Assembly: GCF_902713615.1 (NCBI RefSeq)
Contig: NC_052158.1
Span: 13,264,546-13,328,545 of the forward strand
Length of the DNA stretch: 64,000 bases
From: Scyliorhinus canicula
Taxonomy: Eukaryota
Reading direction: 5' to 3'
Shown: positions 1 to 11,229 of the stretch, one piece after another
Layout: every line of letters begins with the position of its first letter
How positions within the stretch are numbered: the stretch's first letter is position 1
Made by a program: the position numbers and the translations under genes
The notes under the pieces: generated by a model
What the model saw: the letters and a program-made list of their open reading frames with translations, nothing else
What the model was told of the DNA's origin: nothing
Databases searched by the model: none

Positions 1-330
1 AATGCACAATGTCAGCCGTGTGCACCGCCGTCACCAAGGCTTCTTTGGCAGCATCTTCCAAACCCACCACCACTACCCTCTAGAAGGTCAGGGCAGCAGA
101 TACCTGGGAAAACCACCACCTGGAATTTGCCCACCAAGTCACTCAACACCCTGACATGGGAAGATATCATCGTTCCTTCACTGCCGCTAAGTCAAAATCC
201 TGAACTCCCTAACCACACTATGGGTGTACCTACATCACATAAACTACAGGGGTCAAGAAGGCAGCTCATCACCACCACCTCAAGGGCAATTAGGCACAAG
301 AATTACAAATGCTGACCAAGCACACAAAAC
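1..330 (+). mobile_element. L2/CR1-group LINE 3' end
   Basis: Same tail family as 19075-19640. Confidence 0.7.
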
Positions 331-769
331 TATGCCAGCAACACACAAATGAATAAAATATGTAATTTCAAATTGCACAAGACTGGAAAAGGTTCAGAGA
401 CCAATATTGACACCTGCTGGTGGGAGATTAGCACTGCAAAGGAAGCAGAGCGGGGAGAGTGGGCCCCTTATTTAGGAGGAGGGTTGCAGAAGCCAAATTG
501 GCCAGTATGAAATCCTCCGATTCAAGTTAACTCTGTCGAGTAGTAGCCCACTGTTCTCCTGGGTCCGGTTTATGGAAGGGGCATGCTGTGCATATTCTCA
601 GAAGCTGCTAAGTTGTTTTTCAGCATAAATTAACTGCAATCTGTGATCCATGCAGTGTTCAATTAACACCACAGCTGCAATGTGTCTGTACTTTCGTCAA
701 TACTTCACAGATGTTTGAAAGCTATGTAGAAATATGGCACAAGCGTCTCTCCATCTGCAAGTGTGTGTA

Positions 770-1095
770 TAACCGCATGCGTGTCTCGCTGTCTGTATGG
801 GCGCGTGTGTCTCCCTCTGTCTGTGTGTCTCCCTCTGTCTGTGTGTCTCCCTCTGTCTGTGTGTCTCCCTCTGTCTGTGTGTGTGTGTGTGCCCCCATGT
901 GTGTGTGAACTCCTGTCTGTCCGTGTGTGTGTGCACACTCCTGTCTGTGTGTGTGTGTCTCTCTCTTTGTCCCTGTCTCTGCATGTGTGTGTGTGTGTGT
1001 GTGAACTGCTGTCTACGCGTGTGTGAGATCTCCGGTCTGCGTGTGTGTGCGTACTTGTATATGTGCACCCCTGTGTTTGTATCTGTGTTGGTGCC

Positions 1096-1127
<32 letters not shown>

Positions 1128-1290
1128 CACCCCTGCGCATGGGTCTCTGTTTTTGTGTGTGCGTGCCTCTCTTGGGCTGTGTATGTGTGTGCGTGCATCT
1201 CTCACAGTGTGTATGTGTCTGCATGTGCGCCTCTCTTGGGGTATGTATGTGTGCTAGTTGCTCTCTTGGAGTCTGTGTTTGTTTGTTATT
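770..1290. repeat. TG/TGTC-rich simple repeat with an 18-bp subunit
   Basis: (GTGTCTCCCTCTGTCTGT)x4 near 805-880 plus (TG)n runs. Confidence 0.95.
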
Positions 1291-1577
1291 TACAGCACAG
1301 ATGGAGGCCATTCTGCCCATCGTGTCTGCACTGGCTCACAAAAGAGCAACCTAGCTAGTCCCATTCCCCAGCCCTATCTCCGTAACCCTCCAAATTCATC
1401 ACTTTCAAATATATATCCAGCTTTCTTTTGAACCCACCTCCACCACTCTCCCAGGCAGCGCATTCCAAACCTCAACTATCTGTGAGTAAAGATGTTTCTC
1501 CTCCTTTCACTCCGAGCTCTCTTGCTGGCCATCTTGAAATTGTGACCCCTAGTCTATGACATGCCAACTAGTGGAAA

Positions 1578-2228
1578 CAGAATGGCGGCGATTCTCCCAA
1601 ATGGAGACCAAGTGTTCGCGCCGTCGCGTTTCACGACGGTGCAAAATGGGCACGGGGATGACCGATTCTGGCCCCCATAGGGGGCCTGCACGGCGCTGGA
1701 GCAGTTCACGTCGCTCCAGCCTCCCTTCCCGGCGCCAAATGGGCAGCGCGCCAACCTGCCCATGCGCGGGGACATCTTCAGCGCGCCGGCCCCGACTCAA
1801 CATGGCGTTGGTGTTCAGGGGCCAACCACGCAAGAAAGTAGGCCCGGAGGGGGGAGAGGCCGGCCCGCCGATTGGTGGGCCCCGATCATGGGCCAGACCC
1901 CATCGGAGGCCCCCCCGGTGAAGGATCGCTTTTCCCCGCCCCACAGGCCGCCCCTGACCCCTCGCGCAGATTTCCTGCCAGCAGCGACCAGGGGTGAATG
2001 GCGCCGGTGGGACTCTGTCATATCCATGGGGCCGCTCGGCCCACACGGGCTGGAGAATCGGCGGCCCCACCGATTCCAGCGGGCCCGAGGCCGGCACCGC
2101 GTCAAATGCGTCAGCGCAAATTATGCCGATTCTCCGCACCTCGGAGAATCGCGCATCAGCGTCGGGGCGTTGTGGCGCGGTTGTGCCGATTCTCTGGCCC
2201 AGCGCGGGGCTCGGAGAATCGGCCCCAA
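1578..2228. mobile_element. GC-rich MITE-like element with inverted termini
   Basis: Begins ...GCGATTCTCC and ends GGAGAATCGGCCCC; several internal GATTCTCC/GGAGAATC inverted pairs; CpG-rich island in an AT-rich context. Confidence 0.6.
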
Positions 2229-2372
2229 TATTCTTCTTTACCCAATCAAATTTGTTCAGTATTGTGAACACCTCCATAAGGTCACTTCTTATCTTCTGTG
2301 CCCCAAGAAGAATAAAACCAATTTCTCCAATCTTTCCTTGTATCTAAAATTGCTCATTCCTACTATTATTTG

Positions 2373-2618
2373 AGAGGCACGCTGGCATAGTGGTTAACAC
2401 TGTTGCCTCACAGTTCTAGAGACCGGGTTCAATTCCGACCTTGGGTGACTCTGTGTGGAGTTTGCTCCGGTTTCCTCCCACAGTCAAAGATGTGCAGCTC
2501 TGTTGACTGGCCATGCTAAATTACCCTCCGTGTCCAAATGTTAAGGGGGTAGACCGGAGAGTCAGACTCGATGGGCCGAGTGGCCTCCTTCTGTGCTGTG
2601 GTGATTCTATTATTCTAT
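2373..2618 (+). mobile_element. HE1/V-SINE (degenerate)
   Basis: tRNA-like head, partial V-core, CR1-type tail. Confidence 0.8.
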
Positions 2619-2816
2619 ACATTGTGCTGATCAGAACATAAATATGAAAAGAAGGTTCCACAAGAGGTGTGCAGAATATTCAAGAGAAACACGGCAGACA
2701 GGGAGGGTTTGAGGGTGGGTGGGGAGGGGAGGGGTGGGGGGGGGGGGCGTGTTGGTAGTGCAATAACTTAAACTGAACCTAACTTAACAGCGAAAAACCT
2801 CCTCAGCCAAGGAATA

Positions 2817-3060
2817 AGCGGGTGGCACAGTGGTTAGCACTGCTGCCTCAGCACCAGCAACTCGGTTCAATTCCGGCCTCGGGTGCTTGTCTGTGTGGAG
2901 TTTGCACGTTCTTCCTGTGTCTGCGTGGGTTTCCTCCGGGTGCTCTGGTTTCTTCCCACAGTCCAAAGATGTGCAGGTTAGGTGGATTCGCCGTGCTAAA
3001 TTGCCTCTAGGTGGGGTCATGGGGATAGGCCTCTTTCTGTACTGAAGGGATCTACGATTC
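2817..3060 (+). mobile_element. HE1/V-SINE
   Basis: ggtggcacagtggttagc...gtgtggagtttgcacgttc...ccacagtccaaagatgtgc. Confidence 0.85.
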
Positions 3061-3089
3061 GAGTAAATCCCCTCTACACTCTCTCCAGG

Positions 3090-3860
3090 GTTTTAACATC
3101 CACCCTTCAATATGGTGCCCAGAACTGAACACAATACTCCAAATGTGGTCTGACCAATGATTTGTCGAGGTGTAGCGTCACTTCCTTGATTTTATACTCT
3201 ATGCCTCTAGTTATAAACCCAAGGATGCTATAAGCCTTCTTAACAACTGTTTCAACCTGCCTGGCCACCCTCAGAAAATTATGCACTTGAACCCTGGAGT
3301 TCCTCTGCTCCTGTACTCCCCTCCAATTTGTACCATTGAGCTGATATTGTCTCCCCATGTTTCTTCTACCAAAATGCATTACCTCCCATTTTGCTGCATT
3401 GATGTTTGTCTGCCCATTTGACCAACTTGGCAATGCCATTTGAATTGCTCAGCGTCATCCTCGCAATTCATTATTTTTCCTTGCTCAAAATTAGAGATTT
3501 TGCCCTCAACACCCAAAACTAAGTCATTTACATGAATCAAATAAAACAAGGGAGCCCTGGGGAACACCACTTTCAACTTGTCACCAGTCAGAGAAATGTC
3601 CATGTATACCAACCCTCTGTTTCTTATCTCTTGCCAATTTCCAATCCATGCTGCCCAGGACCCATCAATCCCAAACATTTTTAATTTTCTAACCAACCTG
3701 CCATGTGGCACTGTATCAAACGCTCTCTGAAAGTCCAAATGTACAACATCCATGACTCTACCCTCATCCACTGCCTCTGTCACCTCGTCAAATAACTCAA
3801 TTCAATTTGTCAGACGTGACCTGCTCTAAAATCATGTTGACTGTCTATTATTAACTTATC
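3090..3860 (-). mobile_element. CR1 LINE RT fragment
   Basis: VDVVHLDFQRAFDTVPHGRL and SLVRPHLEYCVQFWAPY motifs in the ORF track. Confidence 0.9.
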
Positions 3861-3867
3861 TTTCTCT

Positions 3868-4555
3868 AAACAAAGAACAAAGAAAAGTTCAGCGCAGGAA
3901 CAGGCCCTTCGGCCCTCCAAGCCTGTGTCGACAATGCTGCCCGTCTAAACTAAAATCTTCCACACTTCCTGGGTCCGTATCCCTCTATTCCCATCCTAAT
4001 CATGTATTTGTCAAGATGCCCGTTAAATGTCACTATCGTCCCTGCTTCCACCACCTCCTCTGGCAGTGAGTTCCAGGCACCCACTACCCTCTGTGTAAAA
4101 TAAAAAATAAAAAAATGCCTCGTACATCTCCTCTAAACCTTGCCTCTCGCACCTTAAACCTATGCCTCTTAGTAATTGACCTCTCTACCCTGGGAAAAAG
4201 CCTCTGACTATCCACTCTGTCTGTTCCCTCACAATTTTGTAGACTTCTCTCACGTCGCCCCTCAATCTCCATCGTTCCAGTGAGAACAAACCGAGTTTAT
4301 TCAACCGCTCCTCATAGCTAATGCCCTCCATACCATGCAACATCCTGGTAAATCTCTTCTACGCCCTCTCTAAAGCCTCCACATCTTTCTGGTAATCAAC
4401 CAGAATTGAACACTATACTCCAAGTGTGGCCTAACTAAGGTTCAATACAGCTGCAACATGACTTGCCAATTCTTGTACTCAATGCCCCGGCCAATGAAGG
4501 CAAGCATTCCGTATGCCTTCTTGACTACCTTCTCCAACTGTGTTGCCTTTTTCAG
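3868..4555 (-). mobile_element. CR1 LINE 3' end
   Basis: RT C-terminal remnant, tail motif ...GGGCCGAAGGGCCTGT and a (TTTGTTC)n microsatellite end. Confidence 0.85.
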
Positions 4556-5790
4556 TGACACTATGTAAGTGCATAATTATCTCATTCCCCTACTATGGCC
4601 TCATCCGTTTTGCCACTATTGATGTCAAGCTGATAGGTCTGAGGGTTCCTGGGTTATCCTTTGCCCCTTCCTGAAACAACGACATCACGTTTGCAATCCT
4701 CCAGTCCCCTGGGACTAATCCTGTGCTCAGAGAGGCCCGGAGAATTTCTGTTAACGGCTCGCAATATGCTCCCTGCAATCCAGGATGCATCCTACCCAAA
4801 GCCTTGCGACTTCCCCTACCTGGAGTGCTGCCAGCCTTTTTAGCACCTTTTGTTTACCTATCACTGTACTGCTCAGTTGCCTAACACCCACATTTTCAAC
4901 TGGGCCATTGGCACCATCTTGTAATTTGGCTAAGACAGAAGCAACGTGCTCATTTCATATCACTGCCATGCCCTCCGCTTCAGTGAGCAGTTTACCCTGC
5001 TTGCCCCTTATGGGCCCCACTCTATTCGTCACTAAACTTTTACAATTAATATGCTTGAAAACATTTTGCTATAGCCTGCAAACCTTTCCTCATGCTTCCT
5101 CTTAGCCTTCCTCTTGGCCTTCCTTATTCCAGCCTTAGTCTCTCTTCTGCATTTGAGATACTCTTCCTGATTGCTTTTGCTAATATTATTGTGGCATGGA
5201 TCCTATATATTTTTTTTCTTCCTTATTTCATCATCAATATCCTCAGTGATCCAGGGTACTCGAGCTTTGGATACCCTATTTTTGTTTCTCATGGGTACGT
5301 ACCTAGCTTGTATCCTATTCATCTCTCCCATTTTTCATCCATTGTTATATCCACCAAAATGCATTTCCAATCAACCGGCTCCAGACCGACTTTTAGACCC
5401 CTAAAATTAGCCCTTTTCCAGTCTGGGATCTTAACTCGTGACTGATTTTTATCCGTTTCCACCTTAATATTGAATAGTATTATATTGTGATCACTACTTC
5501 CCAATGGCTCCCCCACTCTGACGTTCTCCACCTGCCCTGCCTCATTTCCTAGGAGCAGATCCAGCACCGCTTGCTCTCTGGTAGGATTGGAAATGTACTG
5601 TTCCAGAAAGTTTTCCTGCACACACTGTAGGAATTTCTCCCCTTCCGTGCCCCACCCATTTCCCAATCTGTCTTAGGGTAATTGAAATCTCCAACTATCA
5701 CAAACCTAATTGCTCTGCAGGTTTCCATAATCTGCCGACAAATGCTATCTTCCACTTCCTCCCCACTATTTGGAGGTCGATAATAAACAT

Positions 5791-6130
5791 AGAACATAGA
5801 ACAGTACAACACAGAACAGGCCCTTCGGCCCTCGATGTTGTGCCGAGCAATAATCACCCTACTCAAACCCACGTATCCACCCTATACCCGTAACCCAACA
5901 ACCCCCCTTAACCTCACTTTTTAGGACACTACGGGCAATTTAGCATGGCCAGTCCACCTAACCCGCACATCTTTGGACTGTGGGAGGAAACCGGAGCACC
6001 CGGAGGAAACCCACGCACACACGGGGAGGACGTGCAGACTCCGCACAGACAGTGACCCAGCCGGGAATCGAACCTGGGACCCTGGAGCTGTGAAGCATTT
6101 ATGCTAACCACCATGCTACCGTGCTGCCCT
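5791..6130 (-). mobile_element. HE1/V-SINE, young subfamily, TSD TAAACAT
   Basis: Full length; near-identical to 52337-52682 and 57821-58178. Confidence 0.92.
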
Positions 6131-6231
6131 TAAACATCAAACAAGGTCACTCCTCCCTTCCTGTTTCTCACTTCCAACCATAGAGATTCTACTTCAGGAA
6201 CTGCATCTTGTTCAAGCGCTACGATACTATC

Positions 6232-6731
6232 TTTTTTTTGGGAAATGTTTTTTATTGAGTTTTCATATTTTATATCCAACAAATTACAAATTATTAGAAA
6301 AAAAACACGCAAAAATTAACATGTATATTTACAGGTAAGCATCTTCATAATAACAGCTGTGGCCACCCCCTTTAGCCGGCATACATATTTTACATTCCCC
6401 AATATGGCCGAGGCACATGTTTATAGGCATTTATTTACAATTTGGTTTTGGGCCTTAGCTTGCCATCAGACTGTCGCTTGCGGCTTTGTCCTTTTTTTTT
6501 TTGGAACAATTTTTATTCAAGTTTTCAACAACAAATTTTATCGCAACAGAGAAAAACAGTAACCCCTCCCCTCCAATACAAAAACAATAAATTAACAAGA
6601 AAAATAAATAAGCGTAAAACCATGCGAACAAACCCCCATAACTAACCCATAGCCCTCCCCCCGGCTACCTTCCCCCGATTCCCGTCCATTTTCCCCTGAT
6701 TCTTGGCCACCCAACTATTCTTCCTCCTGTT
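6232..6731 (-). mobile_element. Two stacked L1/Tx1-like 3' fragments with poly(A) tails
   Basis: Poly-T runs at 6232 and about 6490; flanked by the direct repeat GCTACGATACTATC. Confidence 0.55.
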
Positions 6732-6745
6732 GCTACGATACTATC

Positions 6746-6974
6746 TTTTTAAAAATAAATTTAGAGTACCCAATTATTTTTTCCAATTAAGGGGCAATTT
6801 AGCGTGGCCGATCCACCTACTCTGCACATTTTTTGGGTTGTGGGGGCGAAACCCACGCAGACACGGGGAGAATGTGCAAACTCCACACAGACAGTGACCC
6901 AGAGCCTGGATCGAACCTGGGACCTCAGCGCCGTGAGACGGTTGTGCTAACCACTAGGCCACCGTGCTGCCCTT
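6746..6974 (-). mobile_element. HE1/V-SINE, poly(A)-tail subfamily
   Basis: Tail ...ttaattggaaaaa...ggtactctaaattt; TSD CTA(C/T)GATACTATC. Confidence 0.9.
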
Positions 6975-7589
6975 CTATGATACTATCTTTGACCAAGACT
7001 GCTACACCCCCTCCTATTTACCCACCCTGTTCATACTAAAACCTTATAACCCAGGATGTTAAGTATCCAGCCCTGTTCTGGCTTCATCCATGTTTCTGTC
7101 AATGCTACTATGTCATATGCCCCAGAGCAATTTCTACTTCCAGTTTCCCAATTGTGTTCACTACATTCCATGCATTTACATACATACAATTTAACCCTGC
7201 CCTCATCTCTTTCTTGCCCTTTGGGAGGTGACCATTTATTTGTTCACTGTCAACTCTCAACATTCTTCACTTATTTTTCCCTATTCCCCATCTTCTCTCT
7301 TTTTCCCTCAGTTATACTTCTAAAACTAGGCCCATGAGTCAACCCACCACCTATCTCACAAGTTTAAATCCACTCCCACTACACAATTTACTCTCTCCAC
7401 CATTGGTTCCATTTCAGCTCAGATGAAGCCTACCTCTTCTAAACAGTGTGCAACTCTTTTGGGATGTATGCATGTCTCTCTTGGGGAATATTTGTTTCTC
7501 TCCCTCGATTGATGTATGTGTGTGACTCTTGCAGTGCATGTTTATATCTCTCAATGAATGCTTGTGTGTGGTCTGTTGCTCTCTCTGTC

Positions 7590-8420
7590 GCTCTCTCTGT
7601 CTGTGTGTGTGTGTTGGTCGGTGGGGGTGTGTGTGTGTGTTGGTGGGTGGGTGGGGGTGGGTGTCGGTGGGGTGTGTGTGTGTGTCGGTGCGTGGGGTGT
7701 GTGTGTGTGTCGGTGGGGTGTGTGTGTCGGTGGGGGGGGGGTGTGTCGGTGGGGGGGTGTGTGTGTCGGTGGGGGGGTGTGTGTGTCGGTGGGGGGATGT
7801 GTGTGTCGGTGGGGGGGGTGTGTGTGTCGGTGGGGTATGTGTGTGTGTGTCGGTGGGGGGGGTATTTGTGTGTGTGTCGGTGGGGGGGGTATGTGTGTGT
7901 GTGTCGGTGGGGGGGTATGTGTGTGTTGGTGGGGGGGTATGTGTGTGTCGGTGGGTGTGGGGGTGGGGGTGTGTCGGTGGGTGGGGGTGGGGGTGTGTCG
8001 GTGGGTGGGTGTGTCGGTGGGTGGGTGTGTGGGTGGGTGGGTGGGTGGGGGTGTGTGTGTGGGGGTGTGGGTGTGTCGGTGTGTGTGGGTGTGTTGGTGG
8101 GTGGGGGTGTGGGGGTGTCGGTGGGTGGGGGTGTGGGTGTGTCGGTGGGTGGGGGTGTGGGTGTGTCGGTGGGTGGGGGTGTGGGTGTGTCGGTGGGTGG
8201 GGGTGTGGGTGTGTCGGTGGGTGGGGGTGTGTCGGTGGGTGGGGGTATGCGTGTGTGTGTGTGTCCAGGGAGGGGTGTGTGTGTGTCTCGGTGGGTGGGT
8301 GTATGTCTCGGTGGTGTGTGTGTCGGTCTGGGTGGGAGTGTCTCTCTCGCTGGGGTCACTCGTGTGTGTGTGTGTGTGTGTATCTCTCGCTATGTGTGCA
8401 TGCGTCTGTGGCTCTCTCTG
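7590..8420. repeat. G/T-rich minisatellite
   Basis: GTGTCGGTGG(G)n units; 24-bp unit GGGTGTGTCGGTGGGTGGGGGTGT repeated about 5-6 times near 8090-8240. Confidence 0.95.
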
Positions 8421-9474
8421 TGTCTCACTCCTGCCCCTCCTCATCTCTGCCCCCTCCATCCCACACCTTTCCCCTCCCTCCCTCCCTACTCCCGGTCTCT
8501 GCATTGGATCCTTCCTGAGGACCAGCTAATCCCAAGCGTGAACGGAACTGACTCTCTGGACCATCACCAAGTTATCTTGTGGGTATTTCCTCCTCCCTGG
8601 AAATGTATTGCAATTCTGCGGGTTATTTAGTCTAATCTGCACCAAGACCTTCCTCTCACAGCCCCCCAGCTGCAAAGTTAGTGAAGGTGTTCGGAGCCAG
8701 TGGATGTCTTACATTTGTCCGAATGCCTATTTAATCGCAGATAGATAGATGAAGCAGCTGTTTAATAAAAGGCCCATGAGGCCCTTTTAATTGCTGACTG
8801 ATAACTGTGGGAACAAATGATCTAGTTGAAAATTATCTCAGAATACGAGGAGCCTGCCCCGACAAGACTGACAGGCCCTTGGGATCATTGTCCTGCTGTT
8901 ATGTTCTATTGCTAAGGAGACAGACCCCAATCTAACTCTAGTGACATTATTTTGGTTGATGTGTAAAAGGATTTAACAGCCATAGTTTGTGCTCAAGCCC
9001 CTGAGATGTTGGGCTACGTGATCAGATTTTTAAACTTCGGTCTCTTTTGGATGTATCTAGTGTGCTGTTGTCTTTAAGATACAAGAGCAAGTTAGCCATA
9101 ATTTTTGCACTTGGCTCGGTCATTCTAGCAGTGACTAATTAGGGCGGGGGTGTGTGGAAAAAGCTGTTGGCAAATGTAGTTACTTTTTAATCTTGTATCT
9201 GGAAAGCAAGGCAAGGCCGGGCGAAGCAGAACATCCCATGGTTGGAAGGATTTCAATGTCCTTGTGTTTGGCTGTGTGGCAATATTAACCCTGCGGGGTG
9301 TGCGTGTGTGTTTTGGCAGGGAAGATTGCGAGCAAGTTCATCTTTCTCGAGCAGAAATGGAGAAGGAAGAAGTGGCGACGGTTGAGGGTGTGCTAGAGGG
9401 CCTTGGGGTTTTGATGAGTACTATGAGCAGTTTTGGGCCCCATATCCTTTTTGTTTGCTATTTAAGATGTAATA

Positions 9475-9870
9475 TTTTTATTTTATTTTAAATATTTTTA
9501 TTCTTCTCCTTTTTCACAATTTTTCTCCTGAATTTACACAAAACAAATATGTCAAACCCCATAACAGTAACAACGATCCCATCCTCCCACCATGCCCAGA
9601 CAGCATCCCGCATGTTCACATAAACAAATGACAAAGAAAAAAAAGGAATCAGGGATTACCCATAGCCATCTTCAACATACACAGCCCCCCCCCCCCCCCC
9701 ACTAATGTTCGATGTTATCCAGTACTTGAAAGTGCATAATAAATAGTGGCCGTGACTTGTAGAACCCCTCCGAGCTTCCCCTCAGTTCGAACTTTACCTT
9801 CTCAAGGGTCAAGTATTCAAACAGGTCCCCTCACCAGGGCACAGGGTGGAGAGGCTGCTCTCCATCCCAC
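9475..9870 (-). mobile_element. L1-like 3' end fragment
   Basis: T-rich tail followed by ORF2 C-terminal-like sequence and a poly-C run. Confidence 0.5.
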
Positions 9871-9879
9871 CAGGCCCCA

Positions 9880-10360
9880 TATCGAAGGAAGGATGTGCTG
9901 ACCTTGGAAATGGTCCAGAGGAGGTTCACAAAATGAAGAGCTAGTTGTATGAGGAATGGTTAAGGACTCTGGGTCTGTACTTGTTGGAGTTTAGGAGAAT
10001 GATGGGGGAGAATCTTATTGAAACTTGCAGGATACTGTGAGAGATCTGGATAGAGTGGACGTGGAGGAGATGTTTCCATGAGTGTAAGTACTAGAACCAG
10101 TGGGCACAATCTCAGATTGAAGGGGCGATCCTTTAAAAGAGATGAGGAAGAATTTCTTCAGCCAAAGGGTGGTGAATCTGTGGAACTCTTTGCTACAGAA
10201 GGCTGTGTGTCACTGAGTATCTTTAAGACAGATAGATAGGTTCTTGATTAATAAGGGGATCAGGAGCATTGGGGAGAAGGCAGGAGAATGGGCATGAGAA
10301 AATATCAGCCCTGATTGAAAGACGGAGAATACTCGATGGGCCAAGTGGCTTAATTTAATG
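9880..10360 (+). mobile_element. CR1 3' fragment
   Basis: Typical gaggaggttcacaa...agggtggtgaatctgtggaa...ctcgatgggcc tail. Confidence 0.85.
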
Positions 10361-11112
10361 GTCTCAGATAGGGGAAGATGTTTCTTATGACAACTGTGGC
10401 AGAGTCATAGGTTTAAAATTATCTGCAAAGGAAGCGAGAGGGAAAACCGGGAGAAATTTCTTCCCATGGAGAGTAGATTCTCTTTTCAGACAGTCCCTCG
10501 GGATTGAGGGCAAGTTGTTTCCATTCCCGGTTTGATGGGATTTGAGACGGTTCTGAAGACTAATTTATGGCCGGTGGGGGGGAGGGGGGGGGGGGGGGGA
10601 GGTTCAGGTAGATTGAAGGTTTGTGCACTCTCTCCGACACCCTGAATCCACTTCTACACGTTCCCACAGTGCTCGAAGCCTTCCCAAATGAACCTTGTCC
10701 ACTTTGGCCTGATTACAGCTGGGGGGCAGTCAGGAGTCTTCGGGAATGTTTGACCTCTTCAGCAGTGCATTTTTGAGGACATCCCTAAAGAGTTTACATT
10801 GTCGGCTGGGGAGCTCCCCACTGGATTTTAAATAGAGCAGTCACTTGGAGTCTTGGGAAGATTCAAGATGGTGGATTCTCGAGTCTTTTTGTCCAAGACA
10901 CACTTGAACCAAGAAGTAAATTCGAAGGATGTCGCCCCGTGTCAGATTTAATCAAATGCTTCTGTTACGTATCTTCTTGACTGTGGTGCAGTTGAAATGT
11001 TAAGGGGACAGACATCAAGTGCTTGTTGTGCAGGGTGCTCGGTCTTTGTAAGTTGGTTGAAATCACTCTCACGGCATTTTTCATTAAATTGTTTTTCCCC
11101 CTTCACTTCCAG

Positions 11113-11229
11113 GCCTTCAAGAAGCTTCCAGACTACACTTTGATCCCAGCCTCCTGCACGGAAGTGGCCAAACTGGGAGCATCCCTCAGCTCCTGCTCCA
11201 TTCTAATCAATAAGAAGTTTGAATATTAG
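11113..11229 (+). CDS. Candidate terminal coding exon of an unidentified plus-strand gene (AFKKLPDYTLIPASCTEVAKLGASLSSCSILINKKFEY* in phase 0)
   Basis: Strong acceptor tgtttttcccccttcacttccag|. Followed by about 3 kb with no recognisable interspersed repeat and AATAAA at 12156 and 13764. Reading phase not certain. Confidence 0.35.
   Translation, partial: AFKKLPDYTLIPASCTEVAKLGASLSSCSILINKKFEY

Larger units (their letters stand above)
4560..7440 (-). mobile_element. CR1-type LINE ORF2 (endonuclease/RT) fragment with nested insertions
   Basis: ORF 5319-5666 has FLEQYISNPTREQAVLDLLLGNEAGQV...GSSDHNII (APE endonuclease); ORF 4593-4799 has PGDWRIANV...RPISLTS. Confidence 0.9.

Noticed and set aside
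697-1358. Long overlapping ORFs rich in VC/HT repeats
   Set aside because: Translations of a TG-rich simple repeat, open in most frames only because of low complexity.
1549-2373. Several 100-240-aa ORFs on both strands
   Set aside because: GC-rich repeat with few stop codons; no domain signature. The same applies to 20231-21230.
7439-8630. 300-400-aa ORFs (PTHT/GVCV repeats)
   Set aside because: Artefacts of the G/T minisatellite.
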